The notes under the pieces: generated by a model
Databases searched by the model: none
The model's input: only the letters and a program-made list of their open reading frames with translations
What the model was told of the DNA's origin: nothing
Part shown: positions 54,917 through 64,000 of the stretch, piece by piece
How the letters are laid out: each line of letters starts with the position of its first letter
Position numbering within the stretch: position 1 is the first letter of the stretch
Translations under genes and position numbers: made by a program
Assembly: GCA_028821395.1 (NCBI GenBank)
Contig: JAPPGP010000044.1
Span: 6,196-70,195 of the forward strand
Length of the DNA stretch: 64,000 nucleotides
DNA from: Defluviicoccus sp.
GTDB lineage: Bacteria > Pseudomonadota > Alphaproteobacteria > MPNO01
Direction: 5' to 3'

Positions 54917-56085
54917 TTCGCGATCTCGGCGCAGCAGGCCTCGACGGTCTCCAGCGCCTCGGCGATATGATCCTCTCCGGCGATCAGCGGCGGCAGCAGC
55001 CGCACCATGTTGTCGGCGGCGAGCACGTTGAGCAGCCCCCTGTCGAACATCTTGCCGCCGAGCTCGGCGTTGGGGCCGACGCATTTCATGCCCCACATGA
55101 AGCCCACGCCGCGCACCTCCTCGATGACCCCCTGGTAGCGCCGCGCGAGCCCACGGAGCGCATCGCCGAGGGCGGCGCCGCGTTGCCTGACGCCCTCGAG
55201 GAATCCGTCCTCCAGCACGATGTCGAGCACCGCGTTGGCCGCCGCGCTGGCCAGCGGGTTGCCGCCGAAGGTGCTGCCATGGGTGCCCGGCACCATGCCG
55301 ATGGCGGCCTCCTCGTCGACCAGGCAGGCGCCGATCGGGAACCCGCCGCCGAGCCCCTTGGCCAGCGCCATGATGTCGGGCGGGGCGTCCGCGGCCTCGT
55401 GGGCGAACAGGTGGCCGGTGCGGCCGATGCCGCACTGCACCTCGTCGTAGATCAGCGCCAGGCCATGCTCGTCGGCGAGCCCGCGCAGCCCGCGCAGAAA
55501 CCCGGGATCGGCCGGCCGGATGCCGCCCTCGCCCTGGACCGGCTCGACGACGATTCCGGCCGTCTCCGGGCCGATCGCCGCCTTCACCGCGTCGAGATCG
55601 CCATACGCCACGCGGTCGAAGGAGTCGAGCATCGGGCCGAATCCGCGGCGATGCGCATCGTTCGCCCCCGCCGCGATCAGCGCGAGCGTCCGGCCGTGGA
55701 AGCTGTCCTCGAAGACGACGAAGCGGTAGCGCTCCGCCCGCCCGGACTCGAACTGGTACTTGCGCGCGGTCTTGAGCGAGGCCTCCATCGCCTCCGCGCC
55801 CGAGTTGCAGAAGAACACCGTGTCGGCGAAGCTCGCCGCGGTCAGCCGCTCGGCGAGCCGGGTCTGCCCCGGGATCTGGTAGAGGTTGGAGGTGTGCCAC
55901 AGGCGCTGCGCCTGGCCGGTCAGCGCCTCCACCAGATGGGGATGGCAATGCCCCGCCACGGTGACCGCGATGCCGGCGCCGAAATCGAGGAATCGTCGGC
56001 CGTCCGAGGCGTAGAGATAGGGTCCCTCGCCGCGTTCGAACGCGATGTCCACGCGCGCATAGCTCGGCATGACGGCCGGAATCAT
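54913..56085 (-). CDS. argD: Acetylornithine aminotransferase (class III PLP aminotransferase)
   Basis: About 390 aa from ATG 56085 ([21 protein letters not shown]...). Motifs: [19 protein letters not shown] and the PLP lysine in LAKGLGGG. Confidence 0.9.
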   Translation of the reverse strand: MIPAVMPSYARVDIAFERGEGPYLYASDGRRFLDFGAGIAVTVAGHCHPHLVEALTGQAQRLWHTSNLYQIPGQTRLAERLTAASFADTVFFCNSGAEAMEASLKTARKYQFESGRAERYRFVVFEDSFHGRTLALIAAGANDAHRRGFGPMLDSFDRVAYGDLDAVKAAIGPETAGIVVEPVQGEGGIRPADPGFLRGLRGLADEHGLALIYDEVQCGIGRTGHLFAHEAADAPPDIMALAKGLGGGFPIGACLVDEEAAIGMVPGTHGSTFGGNPLASAAANAVLDIVLEDGFLEGVRQRGAALGDALRGLARRYQGVIEEVRGVGFMWGMKCVGPNAELGGKMFDRGLLNVLAADNMVRLLPPLIAGEDHIAEALETVEACCAEIAK

Positions 56086-56185
56086 GGCTGTTCCCCGATA
56101 GAGAGCGGGCGTCCCTGCCCGCGGAACGCGCATATATGTTGGCCGCCCGCGCTTTAGTCAACGCCGGCGCGCGGCGGGGCGGGCG

Positions 56186-57340
56186 CTAATTCCCGGTCGC
56201 GTCGGACTCCGGCGGGACGAAGATCTCCGGCGCGTCGCCGCCGGTCTCGATGTAGAGCGACCGGGACGGGAAGGCGAAGCCGGTGCCGGCCTCCTCGACG
56301 ATCGCCTTGATGCGGTAGGCGAGCCGTTCCTTGATCGCCAGCCACTCGCCCCACGACGTGGTCACCGTGAAGCAATAGACCATGATGTCGATCGAGGAGT
56401 CCGAGAACCGGTCGATGCGCACGAAGGTCGGCACCTCGGGCGGGTGGGCGAAGGCGTCGTCTTCCAGCAGGAACGCCTCGATGCCGTCGCGGATCCGGCG
56501 GAGCTGGTCGACGGTCGTGCGGTATTCGACGCCGATCATCCAGTAGATGCGGCGATGGGTCATTCGCGTGTAGTTGACCAGCGCGGTATCGGCGAGCTTG
56601 GAGTTGGGGACGTAGATCGGCGCCTTGTCGAACTGCCTTACCCGGGTGGAGCGGAACCCGATGGCCTCGACCGTCCCCTCGACGCCGCCCTCGATCTTGA
56701 TCCATTCGCCATGCGCCAGCCGGCGCTCGCCGATGATCAGCAGACCGGCGATCAGATTGCGGAACAGGTCCTGCGCGCCGAGCGCCACGGCGACCCCGAT
56801 CAGCCCCAGACCGGCGAGAATCGGCGCGACCTCGATCCCCCAGATCTCCAGGACGGTGATCGCGCCCAGCGCCACGAAGGCGATCTTGAGGCCGCGGACC
56901 GTCCAGTCGACCACCTCGACGCCGATCTTCGCCTCCAGCCGTCCGGAGAGCCCACGCAGCGGCTCGGCGAGGCGGTAGAGCGCCCAGAACAGGACGAACG
57001 CGGCCAGCGAGCGCAGCACGTCGTTGGCGATGCTCTCCGCCAGCCCGGCGAAAGGCAGTATCTCCTTCGCGAGGAACAGACCGAGGGCGAAGGGAACGAA
57101 GCGGAGCGGCGGCTCCAGGGCCCGGACCGCCGCATCGTCGATCTTGTTCTCGGTCCTCTCCGCCCAACGCGCCAGGCGCCCGACGACGAGGCGCGAGAAG
57201 GGGCCGCGCAGCAACAGGCAGGCAACGAAGACCAGCAACGCGGACAGGACGGCGCCGAGCTCCAGGCCGAAGACGCCCGCCCCCCATATCTCGGCGGCGC
57301 GGCTGGCGAAGGCCTCGAGCCTGTCTCGCGTCTCGTCCAT
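56186..57340 (-). CDS. Mechanosensitive ion channel, MscS family
   Basis: 384 aa with N-terminal TM helices, followed by LGLIGVAVALGAQDLFRNLIAGLLI and a beta-domain (GTVEAIGFRSTRVR). Confidence 0.85.
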   Translation of the reverse strand: MDETRDRLEAFASRAAEIWGAGVFGLELGAVLSALLVFVACLLLRGPFSRLVVGRLARWAERTENKIDDAAVRALEPPLRFVPFALGLFLAKEILPFAGLAESIANDVLRSLAAFVLFWALYRLAEPLRGLSGRLEAKIGVEVVDWTVRGLKIAFVALGAITVLEIWGIEVAPILAGLGLIGVAVALGAQDLFRNLIAGLLIIGERRLAHGEWIKIEGGVEGTVEAIGFRSTRVRQFDKAPIYVPNSKLADTALVNYTRMTHRRIYWMIGVEYRTTVDQLRRIRDGIEAFLLEDDAFAHPPEVPTFVRIDRFSDSSIDIMVYCFTVTTSWGEWLAIKERLAYRIKAIVEEAGTGFAFPSRSLYIETGGDAPEIFVPPESDATGN

Positions 57341-57537
57341 CCCGACTCCTCTTACCGGCTTGCGGCGGCCGGGTCAGGGCCAGACAGCGGCGTTGTTGCC
57401 GCCTCGCCCTTCCCCTATCATCCGGCGTCCGCAGATGACAGCGCCGATTCCGGCGGTCATGACTTTCATCGCCGCCCCGGGAGGGATTCGGCCCGCCCTC
57501 TGCGTCGTGCGGCCGGGCAAGGAGTGGGAAGGCTTTC

Positions 57538-59862
57538 ATGACCAAGTTCGGTATCGGCCAGGGCGTGCCGCGCTGGGAAGACCCGCGCCTGCTGCGCGGC
57601 GGCGGGCGCTACTCCGACGACCTCAACCGTCCGGGCCAGGCCTATGGCCATGTGCTGCGCTCGCCCCACGCCCATGCCGAGATCCGCTCGATCGACGCCG
57701 CCGCCGCGCGGGCGGCCCCGGGGGTGCTCGCGGTCTATACCCATGAGGATGTCGAGGCGGCGGGGCTCGGCAGCATTCCCTGCGCGGTGCCGCGCAACAA
57801 GCCCGACGGCTCGCCCATGTTCACCCCGCCCAACCTGCCGCTGCGCAAGGGCCGGGTGCGGCTGGTGGGCGACTATGTCGCCTTCGTCGTCGCCGAGACC
57901 CACGATGCGGCGCGCGACGCCGCGGAGCTGATCGAGGTCGGGTACGAGCCGCTGCCGTCGGTCACCGCCACCGCGGACGCTCTGGCCGAAGGCGCGCCCG
58001 CGGTGTGGCCGGAGGCGCCCGACAATGTCTGCTTCGTCTTCGAGCAGGGCGACAAGGAGGCGGTCGAGACCGCCTTCGCCGCGGCCGACCATGTGACCAG
58101 GCTCGACTTCACCGTTTCCCGCGTCGCCGTCGCCCCGATGGAGCCGCGCGCCTGCATCGGCGAGTTCGATCCCTTCACCGGCCGCTACACCCTCTATACC
58201 GGCACCCAGGGCCCGCACGGGGTGCGCATGGCGACCGCCTCGCCGATCCTCAAGGTGCCGGAGGGCGAGCTCCGCGTCGTCAGCTACGACATGGGCGGCG
58301 CCTTCGGGATGCGGTCGGGCCCCTATTGCGAATACACGATGTGCCTTCACGCCTCGAAGGCGCTCGGCCGGCCGGTCAAGTGGACCGGCGACCGGACCGA
58401 GGGATTCATGGTCGACGACCAGGCGCGCGACAACATCTCCACCGCCGAGCTGGCGCTCACCCGCGACGGCGAGTTCCTCGCCCTCAGGGTGCGGACGACC
58501 GCCAATCTCGGGGCCTATCTGACCCTGCTCGGGCCGCATTCCTCGACCAACAATCTGGGCTCGCTCGCCGGCCCCTACCGCACGCAAGCGATCTACACCC
58601 ATGTGACCGCGGTGTTTACCAACACGATGTCGACCGGGCCCTATCGCGGCGCCGGCAGGCCGGAGGCGGCCTACGCCATCGAGCGGGTGATCGACACCGC
58701 GGCCGACGAGCTCGGCATCGACCCGGCGGAGCTCCGGCGGCGCAACTACATCGCCGCCGATGCGTTCCCCTACCAGACCGGCCTCGTCTTCACCTACGAT
58801 TCGGGCGAGTTCGAGACCAACATGGACCAGGCGCTCGCGCTGGTCGATTACGCCGGGCGCGAGGACCGCCGGGCCGAAGCCGGCGCGCGCGGCAGGCTGC
58901 GCGGGATCGGGATCTCCAACGTGATCGAGCAATCCGCCGGCGGGTTCCCGGAATGGGCGCAGATCCGCTTCGACCCCTCGGGCTCGGCGACGCTCACCAT
59001 GGGCACGCACAACCACGGCCAGGGGCACGAGACGGTGTTCCGCCAGATCCTGTCGGACAGGCTCGGCCTCGATTTCGAACGGATCCGCATCGCCCAGGGC
59101 GATTCCGACGAGGCGATGGCCGGCACCGGGACCTTTGGCTCGCGCTCGTCGGGCGTCGGCGGCGCCTCGATCGCGATGGCGGCCGACAAGGTGATCGAGC
59201 GCTGCCGCAAGATCGCCGCCCACAGGCTGGAGGCGGCGGAAGAGGATATCGAGTTCGCCGACGGCAGCTTCACCGTGGCCGGCACCGACCGGACCATCGG
59301 CCTGGTCGACGCGGCGAAGCTCGCCCAGTCCTTCATGACCGTGCCGCCGGGCTTCGAGCCCGGCATCAACGAATGGGCCGCCTGGACGCCGCCGGCGCCG
59401 ACCTACCCCAATGGCTGCCATGTCTGCGAGGTCGAGATCGATCCCGAGACCGGCGAGGTCGAGATCCTGCGCTACGCCGCGGTCGACGATGTCGGCACCG
59501 TGCTCAACCCGCTGCTGATGGAGGGCCAGCTGCATGGCGGCATCGTCCAGGGTCTGGGCCAGATCCTGATGGAGAACGTTGTCTGGGACCGCGACTCGGG
59601 CCAGCTGGTCGCCGGCTCCTTCATGGACTACGCCATGCCGCGGGCGGACGATCTGCCGAGCTTCGAGATGGCGATCAACGAGGTGCCGACCCCGACCAAC
59701 CCGCTCGGCATCAAGGGCGCCGGCGAGGCCGGCTGCGTCGGCGCGATGCCCGCGCTGATGAACGCGATCGCCGATGCGCTGAGCCCGCTCGGCGTCAGCG
59801 CCATCGACATGCCGGCGAGCCCGGAGGCGGTGTGGCGCGCCATCAACGGGGCCGCGAGCTGA
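57538..59862 (+). CDS. Xanthine dehydrogenase/CoxL-family molybdopterin-binding large subunit (paralog 2)
   Basis: 774 aa after AAGGAG. The N-terminus reads VPRWEDPRLLRGGGRYSDD. The active-site loop is GPYRGAGRPEA (form-II CoxL-like AYRGAGR type). It also has PLGIKGAGEAG. Confidence 0.9.
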   Translation: MTKFGIGQGVPRWEDPRLLRGGGRYSDDLNRPGQAYGHVLRSPHAHAEIRSIDAAAARAAPGVLAVYTHEDVEAAGLGSIPCAVPRNKPDGSPMFTPPNLPLRKGRVRLVGDYVAFVVAETHDAARDAAELIEVGYEPLPSVTATADALAEGAPAVWPEAPDNVCFVFEQGDKEAVETAFAAADHVTRLDFTVSRVAVAPMEPRACIGEFDPFTGRYTLYTGTQGPHGVRMATASPILKVPEGELRVVSYDMGGAFGMRSGPYCEYTMCLHASKALGRPVKWTGDRTEGFMVDDQARDNISTAELALTRDGEFLALRVRTTANLGAYLTLLGPHSSTNNLGSLAGPYRTQAIYTHVTAVFTNTMSTGPYRGAGRPEAAYAIERVIDTAADELGIDPAELRRRNYIAADAFPYQTGLVFTYDSGEFETNMDQALALVDYAGREDRRAEAGARGRLRGIGISNVIEQSAGGFPEWAQIRFDPSGSATLTMGTHNHGQGHETVFRQILSDRLGLDFERIRIAQGDSDEAMAGTGTFGSRSSGVGGASIAMAADKVIERCRKIAAHRLEAAEEDIEFADGSFTVAGTDRTIGLVDAAKLAQSFMTVPPGFEPGINEWAAWTPPAPTYPNGCHVCEVEIDPETGEVEILRYAAVDDVGTVLNPLLMEGQLHGGIVQGLGQILMENVVWDRDSGQLVAGSFMDYAMPRADDLPSFEMAINEVPTPTNPLGIKGAGEAGCVGAMPALMNAIADALSPLGVSAIDMPASPEAVWRAINGAAS

Positions 59863-59884
59863 GACCCGGCCCAGGGAGGCAGGT

Positions 59885-60505
59885 TTGGAGTTCGAGAATT
59901 CCTTCAACGTCGCGGTGCCGGTCGACGAGGCCTGGGCCATCCTGACCGATATCGAGCGGATCGCCCCCTGCATGCCGGGGGCCGAGCTCACCGAAATCGT
60001 CGACGAGAACAGCTTTAGAGGCAAGGTATCGGTCCGGCTCGGGCCGGTGGCGCTGACCTTCCAGGGCGACGCGAAGTTCGAGGAGCGCGACGATTCCGGC
60101 CACTCGGCCCGCGTCAAGGCGCAGGGGCGCGACGCCAAGGGCCGCGGCGGCGCCAACGCCAATGTCGATTTCCGGCTGGTTCCGGCCGATGACGGCACGA
60201 CGGAGGTGCAGATCCGCACCGATCTGCAGCTCTCCGGCTCGGTCGCCCAGTACGGCCGCGGCGTCGGCATGATCAAGGACGTGGCGGGGCAGCTCATCGG
60301 CCGCTTCGCCGCGGCGCTGCACGAGCAGATCGCGGCCGAGCGCGGCGCGGACGAGGCGGCGGCGGAGACGCCCGAGGAGACCGCCGAGCCCGCGCCATCG
60401 CCGGCCGCCAAGCCGATCTCCGGCTTCTCGCTCGGCGCCAGCGTGATGTGGAACGCCGTCCTGCGCTGGCTGAAGGGTCTGTTCGGCGCCCGCTCAGGCG
60501 CCTGA
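59885..60505 (+). CDS. coxG: CoxG-like SRPBCC-fold protein with an acidic linker and hydrophobic C-terminal tail
   Basis: 206 aa with a TTG start after GGGAGGCAGG. The pattern FENSFNVAVPVDEAWAILTDIERIAPCMPGAEL... is CoxG-family. The C-terminus reads ...PISGFSLGASVMWNAVLRWLKGLFG. Confidence 0.75.
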   Translation: MEFENSFNVAVPVDEAWAILTDIERIAPCMPGAELTEIVDENSFRGKVSVRLGPVALTFQGDAKFEERDDSGHSARVKAQGRDAKGRGGANANVDFRLVPADDGTTEVQIRTDLQLSGSVAQYGRGVGMIKDVAGQLIGRFAAALHEQIAAERGADEAAAETPEETAEPAPSPAAKPISGFSLGASVMWNAVLRWLKGLFGARSGA

Positions 60506-62827
60506 CCGCCTCCCCGCCGCCGCGATCAGCGCGAGCACCCGGTCCGGGGTGAGCGGCAGGCGGAGATCGCCGCATTCGAGGCCGAGCGCGTCGATGACCG
60601 CGCCGGCGATCGCCGCCGGGGCGCCGATGGTGCCGCTCTCGCCCACCCCCTTGTAGCCGCCTTCGGTGATCGGCGAGGGGGTTTCCTGGTGGACGATCTC
60701 GATCTCCGGCGCCTCGAACGCGCCGGGGATCGTGTAGTCGGCGAAGCTGGCCGATTGGAGCTGCCCCGCCGCGTCGTAGCGGACTTCCTCCAGCAGCGCC
60801 GCCCCGATGCCCTGGAGCACGCCGCCCCAGGTCTGGCCCTCGACCACGTCGATATCGGCGATGGTGCCGCAATCCTCGGCGACAGTGTATCCGAGGATTT
60901 CGACCGCGCCGGTCTCGGTGTCGACGGCGACCACGGCGATGTGCATCGCCGCCGAGGTCGCCGCCCCCGGGGTGTCGAAGGTCGCGGCGCTCTGCAATCC
61001 GTGCGACAGGCCGTCCGGCAGGTTGGGGCTCGGCGAATGGGCGAAATCGGCGATTTCCTCGAAGGTGGCGAACCGGTTCGAATTGCGCCCGTCGGCGAAC
61101 CGCCCGTCCGCGAAGACGATGTCGGCGAGGTCGAGCTCGAGCTTGACCGCGGCGAATTGCTTCATCCGGTCGACCGCCTGGCTCGCCGCGCGTTGCAGCG
61201 CGCCGCCGCCCGAGACCAGCCCGCGGCTCGCGAACGCGCCCGAGCCGTGCGGCATGGTCTCGGTGTCGGCGCAGGCGACATGGACCCGCGCGGCGTCGAT
61301 GCCGAACGTCTCGGCCACGATGCGGCGCATCGCCACAAAGGGCTGCTGGCCCATCGAAGGGGTGGTCACATAGGCCTCGACCGCGCCCGACCGGGCGATG
61401 CGCAGCAGCGCCGAGTCGTAGCCCGGGACGTCGGTCATGCCGCGTCCGCGGAACACGGTGCACCCCATGCCGGTGGGCTCGATGAAGCAGGAAATGCCGA
61501 CCCCGACCCGGCGCCCCTGCTTGTCCTCCGCCCCGTCGATATTCGCCGCGGCCAACAGCTTCGCGAGCAGCCCCTCGTAGTCGCCGCTGTCGATGATCCC
61601 GCCGGAGACCGTCCTGAACGGGAATGCCCCGTTCGGCACCAGGTTGCGCCGCCTGACCGCGATGCGATCCGCGCCGATTCGCCGCGCGAGCGCATCCACC
61701 AGGCTCTCCGTCACCAGCGGGCAGAGGCCGAAGCCGACGCCGCGATAGGGTCCGGTCGGGCATTTGTTGGTGGCGACCGCGCGCGAGGTGTAGTCGATGA
61801 ACGGGATGGCGTAGGGCCCGGGCAGCCCGACCAGCGCGGTGTGCGGCTCGAGCGACGGGCCGAGCGGGTAGGGCGTGTAGGCGCCGGCATCGCACCGCAC
61901 CTCCGCCTTCAGGCCCAGAATCCGGCCGTCCTCATCGGCCGCGAGCGAGGCCTCGATCACCGCGTCCCTTGCGTGGTAGCCGCGTTCCAGATGCTGCCGC
62001 CGGTCCTGGGTCCACTTGACCGCGCCGCCGATGCTGCGCGCCGCGAAGGCGGTGATCGCCTCCTCCGGGTAGAGCGGCATCTTGACCCCGAACCCGCCGC
62101 CGATATCGGTCGGGCGGACCCGGATCTTGGACTCTGGAAGACGCAGGAACTTGGCGATTCCGTCGCGCAGGATATGCGGCACCTGGGTCGGAGAGCGGAT
62201 CTCGGTCACGTCGTCGCGCCGGTCGTGGACCGCGAGACAGCCGCAGCACTCGATGGGCGACGGCGCGACCCGGGGATGGCGGAAGCGGCCCGATACGACG
62301 ACCGGCGCCTCGGCGAAGGGATCGGCGTCGGCATCGCTGACGAAACGGCTCTCGAACAGGGTGTTGCCGCCGAGTGCCTCATGCACCGGCGGCGCGCCGT
62401 CGTCGAGCGCCGTCTCGATGTCGGCGACCGGATCCTCGGGGCGCCAGTCGATGTCGATCAGCGCGGCGGCGTCTTCCGCGGCGTAGGCGTCGCGCGCCAC
62501 CACCGCGGCCACGATCTCGCCCGCGAAGCGCACCTCGGTCCCGGCGATCAGCGGCCAGGCGGTAGGGCGGTAGCGATACCAGTCGGACTCGTCCATGCGG
62601 GCGGTAACCGGCGCGGTGACCCCGGCCAGGTCGCCGCCCAGCAAGACCCGGACCACGCCGTCCGCCGCCCGCGCCGCCGCCGCGTCGATGCCGGAGATCC
62701 GCGCCCGGGCGAACGGGCTCCTGAGGAAATAGACATGGAAACAGCCGGGCGGGTCGAAATCGTCCACGAACCGGCCGCGCCCCAGCACCAGCGCCCGCAA
62801 ATCGTCGGCTTCGTCGCGCGCGGCCAC
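60494..62827 (-). CDS. Xanthine dehydrogenase/CoxL-family molybdopterin-binding large subunit (paralog 3)
   Basis: 777 aa with a GTG start (VAARDEADDLRALVLGRGRFVDDF...). The loop reads GPYRGVGFG. It also has GGYKGVGESG. It converges on coxG with a 12-nt overlap. Confidence 0.85.
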   Translation of the reverse strand: MAARDEADDLRALVLGRGRFVDDFDPPGCFHVYFLRSPFARARISGIDAAAARAADGVVRVLLGGDLAGVTAPVTARMDESDWYRYRPTAWPLIAGTEVRFAGEIVAAVVARDAYAAEDAAALIDIDWRPEDPVADIETALDDGAPPVHEALGGNTLFESRFVSDADADPFAEAPVVVSGRFRHPRVAPSPIECCGCLAVHDRRDDVTEIRSPTQVPHILRDGIAKFLRLPESKIRVRPTDIGGGFGVKMPLYPEEAITAFAARSIGGAVKWTQDRRQHLERGYHARDAVIEASLAADEDGRILGLKAEVRCDAGAYTPYPLGPSLEPHTALVGLPGPYAIPFIDYTSRAVATNKCPTGPYRGVGFGLCPLVTESLVDALARRIGADRIAVRRRNLVPNGAFPFRTVSGGIIDSGDYEGLLAKLLAAANIDGAEDKQGRRVGVGISCFIEPTGMGCTVFRGRGMTDVPGYDSALLRIARSGAVEAYVTTPSMGQQPFVAMRRIVAETFGIDAARVHVACADTETMPHGSGAFASRGLVSGGGALQRAASQAVDRMKQFAAVKLELDLADIVFADGRFADGRNSNRFATFEEIADFAHSPSPNLPDGLSHGLQSAATFDTPGAATSAAMHIAVVAVDTETGAVEILGYTVAEDCGTIADIDVVEGQTWGGVLQGIGAALLEEVRYDAAGQLQSASFADYTIPGAFEAPEIEIVHQETPSPITEGGYKGVGESGTIGAPAAIAGAVIDALGLECGDLRLPLTPDRVLALIAAAGRRSGA

Positions 62828-62898
62828 CGCTCGCCCCCTACCAATATTCCGCCCGATCGCGATGATAGTTCGCCAGCCACGCCAAGGGGAGTGAAGCG

Positions 62899-63651
62899 AT
62901 GTCCAATCGACACCAGGGCCGGGTCGCGGCGGTGACCGGCGGCGCCAACGGGATCGGCCGGGCCTTCGCCCGGCGTCTCGCCGCGGACGGCGCGGCGGTC
63001 GCGGTGGTCGATCTCGAGCCGGCGACGGAGACGCTTGCGGTGCTGTCGGGCGCCGGGGCGGAGGCCGCCTCGTTCGCCTGCGACGTGACCTCCGAGGACG
63101 ATGTCGCCCGCCTGGCCACCGAGATCGGCGAGCGCTTCGGGCGCTGCGACATCCTGGTCAACAATGTCGGCGTCTATCCCAACGAGCCCTTCGAGGCGGT
63201 CACCTTCGCCAAGTGGCGGCGGGTGATGGCGATCAACCTCGATTCCATGTTCCTGACGGCGAAGGCCTTCTCGCCCGGCATGGCGGAGCGCGGCTGGGGC
63301 CGGATCGTCAACATGGCGTCCAACACCTTCGGCACGCCGGTCACCGGCTACAGCCACTACATCGCGAGCAAGGGGGGCGTGATCGGCTTCACCCGGGCGC
63401 TCGCCAGCGACCTCGCGGACAGGGGGATCACGGTGAACGCGATCGCGCCCAGCCTGGTGCGCACTCACGGCACGCAGGTGACCAACCCGCGGTCGGACGA
63501 ACGCTTCGCCGCGGTCGCCGCCATGCAGGCGATCAAGCGCGAGCAGCGGCCCGACGACCTCGCCGGCACGCTGTCGTTCCTGGCGAGCGACGATGCGGCC
63601 TTCATTACCGGCCAGACGCTCTATGTCGACGGCGGCTGGGTGAGGCCTTGA
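62899..63651 (+). CDS. Short-chain dehydrogenase/reductase
   Basis: 250 aa with VTGGANGIGRA, NNVG and YIASK (YxxxK). Confidence 0.9.
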   Translation: MSNRHQGRVAAVTGGANGIGRAFARRLAADGAAVAVVDLEPATETLAVLSGAGAEAASFACDVTSEDDVARLATEIGERFGRCDILVNNVGVYPNEPFEAVTFAKWRRVMAINLDSMFLTAKAFSPGMAERGWGRIVNMASNTFGTPVTGYSHYIASKGGVIGFTRALASDLADRGITVNAIAPSLVRTHGTQVTNPRSDERFAAVAAMQAIKREQRPDDLAGTLSFLASDDAAFITGQTLYVDGGWVRP

Positions 63652-64000
63652 GCTCCGGCTTCGTCGGCGAGCCGGTCCCGCGGATCGAAGACCCGGCGCT
63701 GCTGCGCGGGCGGGGCCGGTTCGTCGACGATCTGCGCTTCCCCGGCCTGCTCCACGCCGTCTTCGTCAGGAGCGGCGAGGCGCATGCCCGGATCGGCGGC
63801 ATCGACCGCGAGGCCGCGCTGGCGTCGCCGGGGGTGCGCGCGGTGCTCGTTCTCGACGACCTGCGCGCGCATGCGACCCGGGTGACGATGCCGCTGGCCC
63901 AGCCCTCCGGCGCGATCCGCCACGCGCTGGACCCGCCGATTTTGGCCGACGGGGAGGTCCGCTATGTCGGCGAGCCGGTGGCGGCGGTGATCGCGGACTG
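63648..64000 (+). CDS. Xanthine dehydrogenase/CoxL-family large subunit (paralog 4), 5' part only, truncated by the window end
   Basis: Frame open from TTG 63648, which overlaps the SDR stop (TTGA), to the window end: LSSGFVGEPVPRIEDPALLRGRGRFVDDLRFPGLLHAVFVRSGEAHARIGGID... This is the same N-terminal signature as paralogs 1-3. It is absent from the ORF track because no stop lies in the window. Confidence 0.7.
   Translation, partial: MSSGFVGEPVPRIEDPALLRGRGRFVDDLRFPGLLHAVFVRSGEAHARIGGIDREAALASPGVRAVLVLDDLRAHATRVTMPLAQPSGAIRHALDPPILADGEVRYVGEPVAAVIAD

Noticed and set aside
57466-60411. 981-aa minus-strand ORF opposite Mo-subunit paralog 2 and coxG
   Set aside because: It is antisense to two genes with clear family signatures. 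It has low-complexity composition and no SD or plausible start context.
1-64000. Mobile-element genes, prophage, tRNA, rRNA or tmRNA anywhere in the window
   Set aside because: No translation resembles an integrase, transposase, recombinase or phage structural protein. I saw no tRNA-like GGTTCGAATCC-type T-arm or rRNA-like sequence by eye. tRNAscan or Infernal should confirm this.

Overview
GC-rich chromosomal segment (about two-thirds G+C by eye) with alphaproteobacterial hallmarks: a GcrA-type regulator, petABC, argD-argF-hslO, apaG next to metZ, and a SAM-II-like leader. I support about 55 protein genes. I recognised no rRNA, tRNA, CRISPR array, transposase or integrase. Content is mostly housekeeping and catabolism: two TRAP transporter pieces, a flavin-monooxygenase/M20/LLM operon, mtnP-mtnA plus a fused aldolase-SDR, cytochrome bc1, hemF, a BisC-like Mo-oxidoreductase, VapBC, boxC-boxB, a 1611-aa NAD-glutamate dehydrogenase, three VanA-type Rieske oxygenases, metZ, folE, trkH, argE/argF/argD, hslO, an MscS-family channel, and four xanthine-dehydrogenase-family Mo subunits. 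Best candidate for something undescribed: a ~1.4-kb low-GC islet (4032-5460) bounded by an imperfect direct repeat. It carries only a Panacea/DUF4065 (SocA-like) antitoxin-type gene overlapping a small proline-rich membrane protein of no family I recognise, which looks like a PanA-PanT-like toxin-antitoxin or abortive-infection pair. Second candidate: the 42-47.6 kb cluster of 3 Rieske oxygenases, a DUF1185 protein, an enamidase-like amidohydrolase and RidA, with no reductase or regulator in the cluster. Other notable points: a likely DHAP-shunt variant with a fused aldolase-reductase, a SAM-II-like element with a terminator, REP-like hairpin repeats, and Mo-hydroxylase large subunits with no Fe-S or FAD partners nearby. 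All calls rest on reading translations and motifs by eye; no database search was run. Many long ORFs in the six-frame track are GC-driven antisense artefacts and were rejected.
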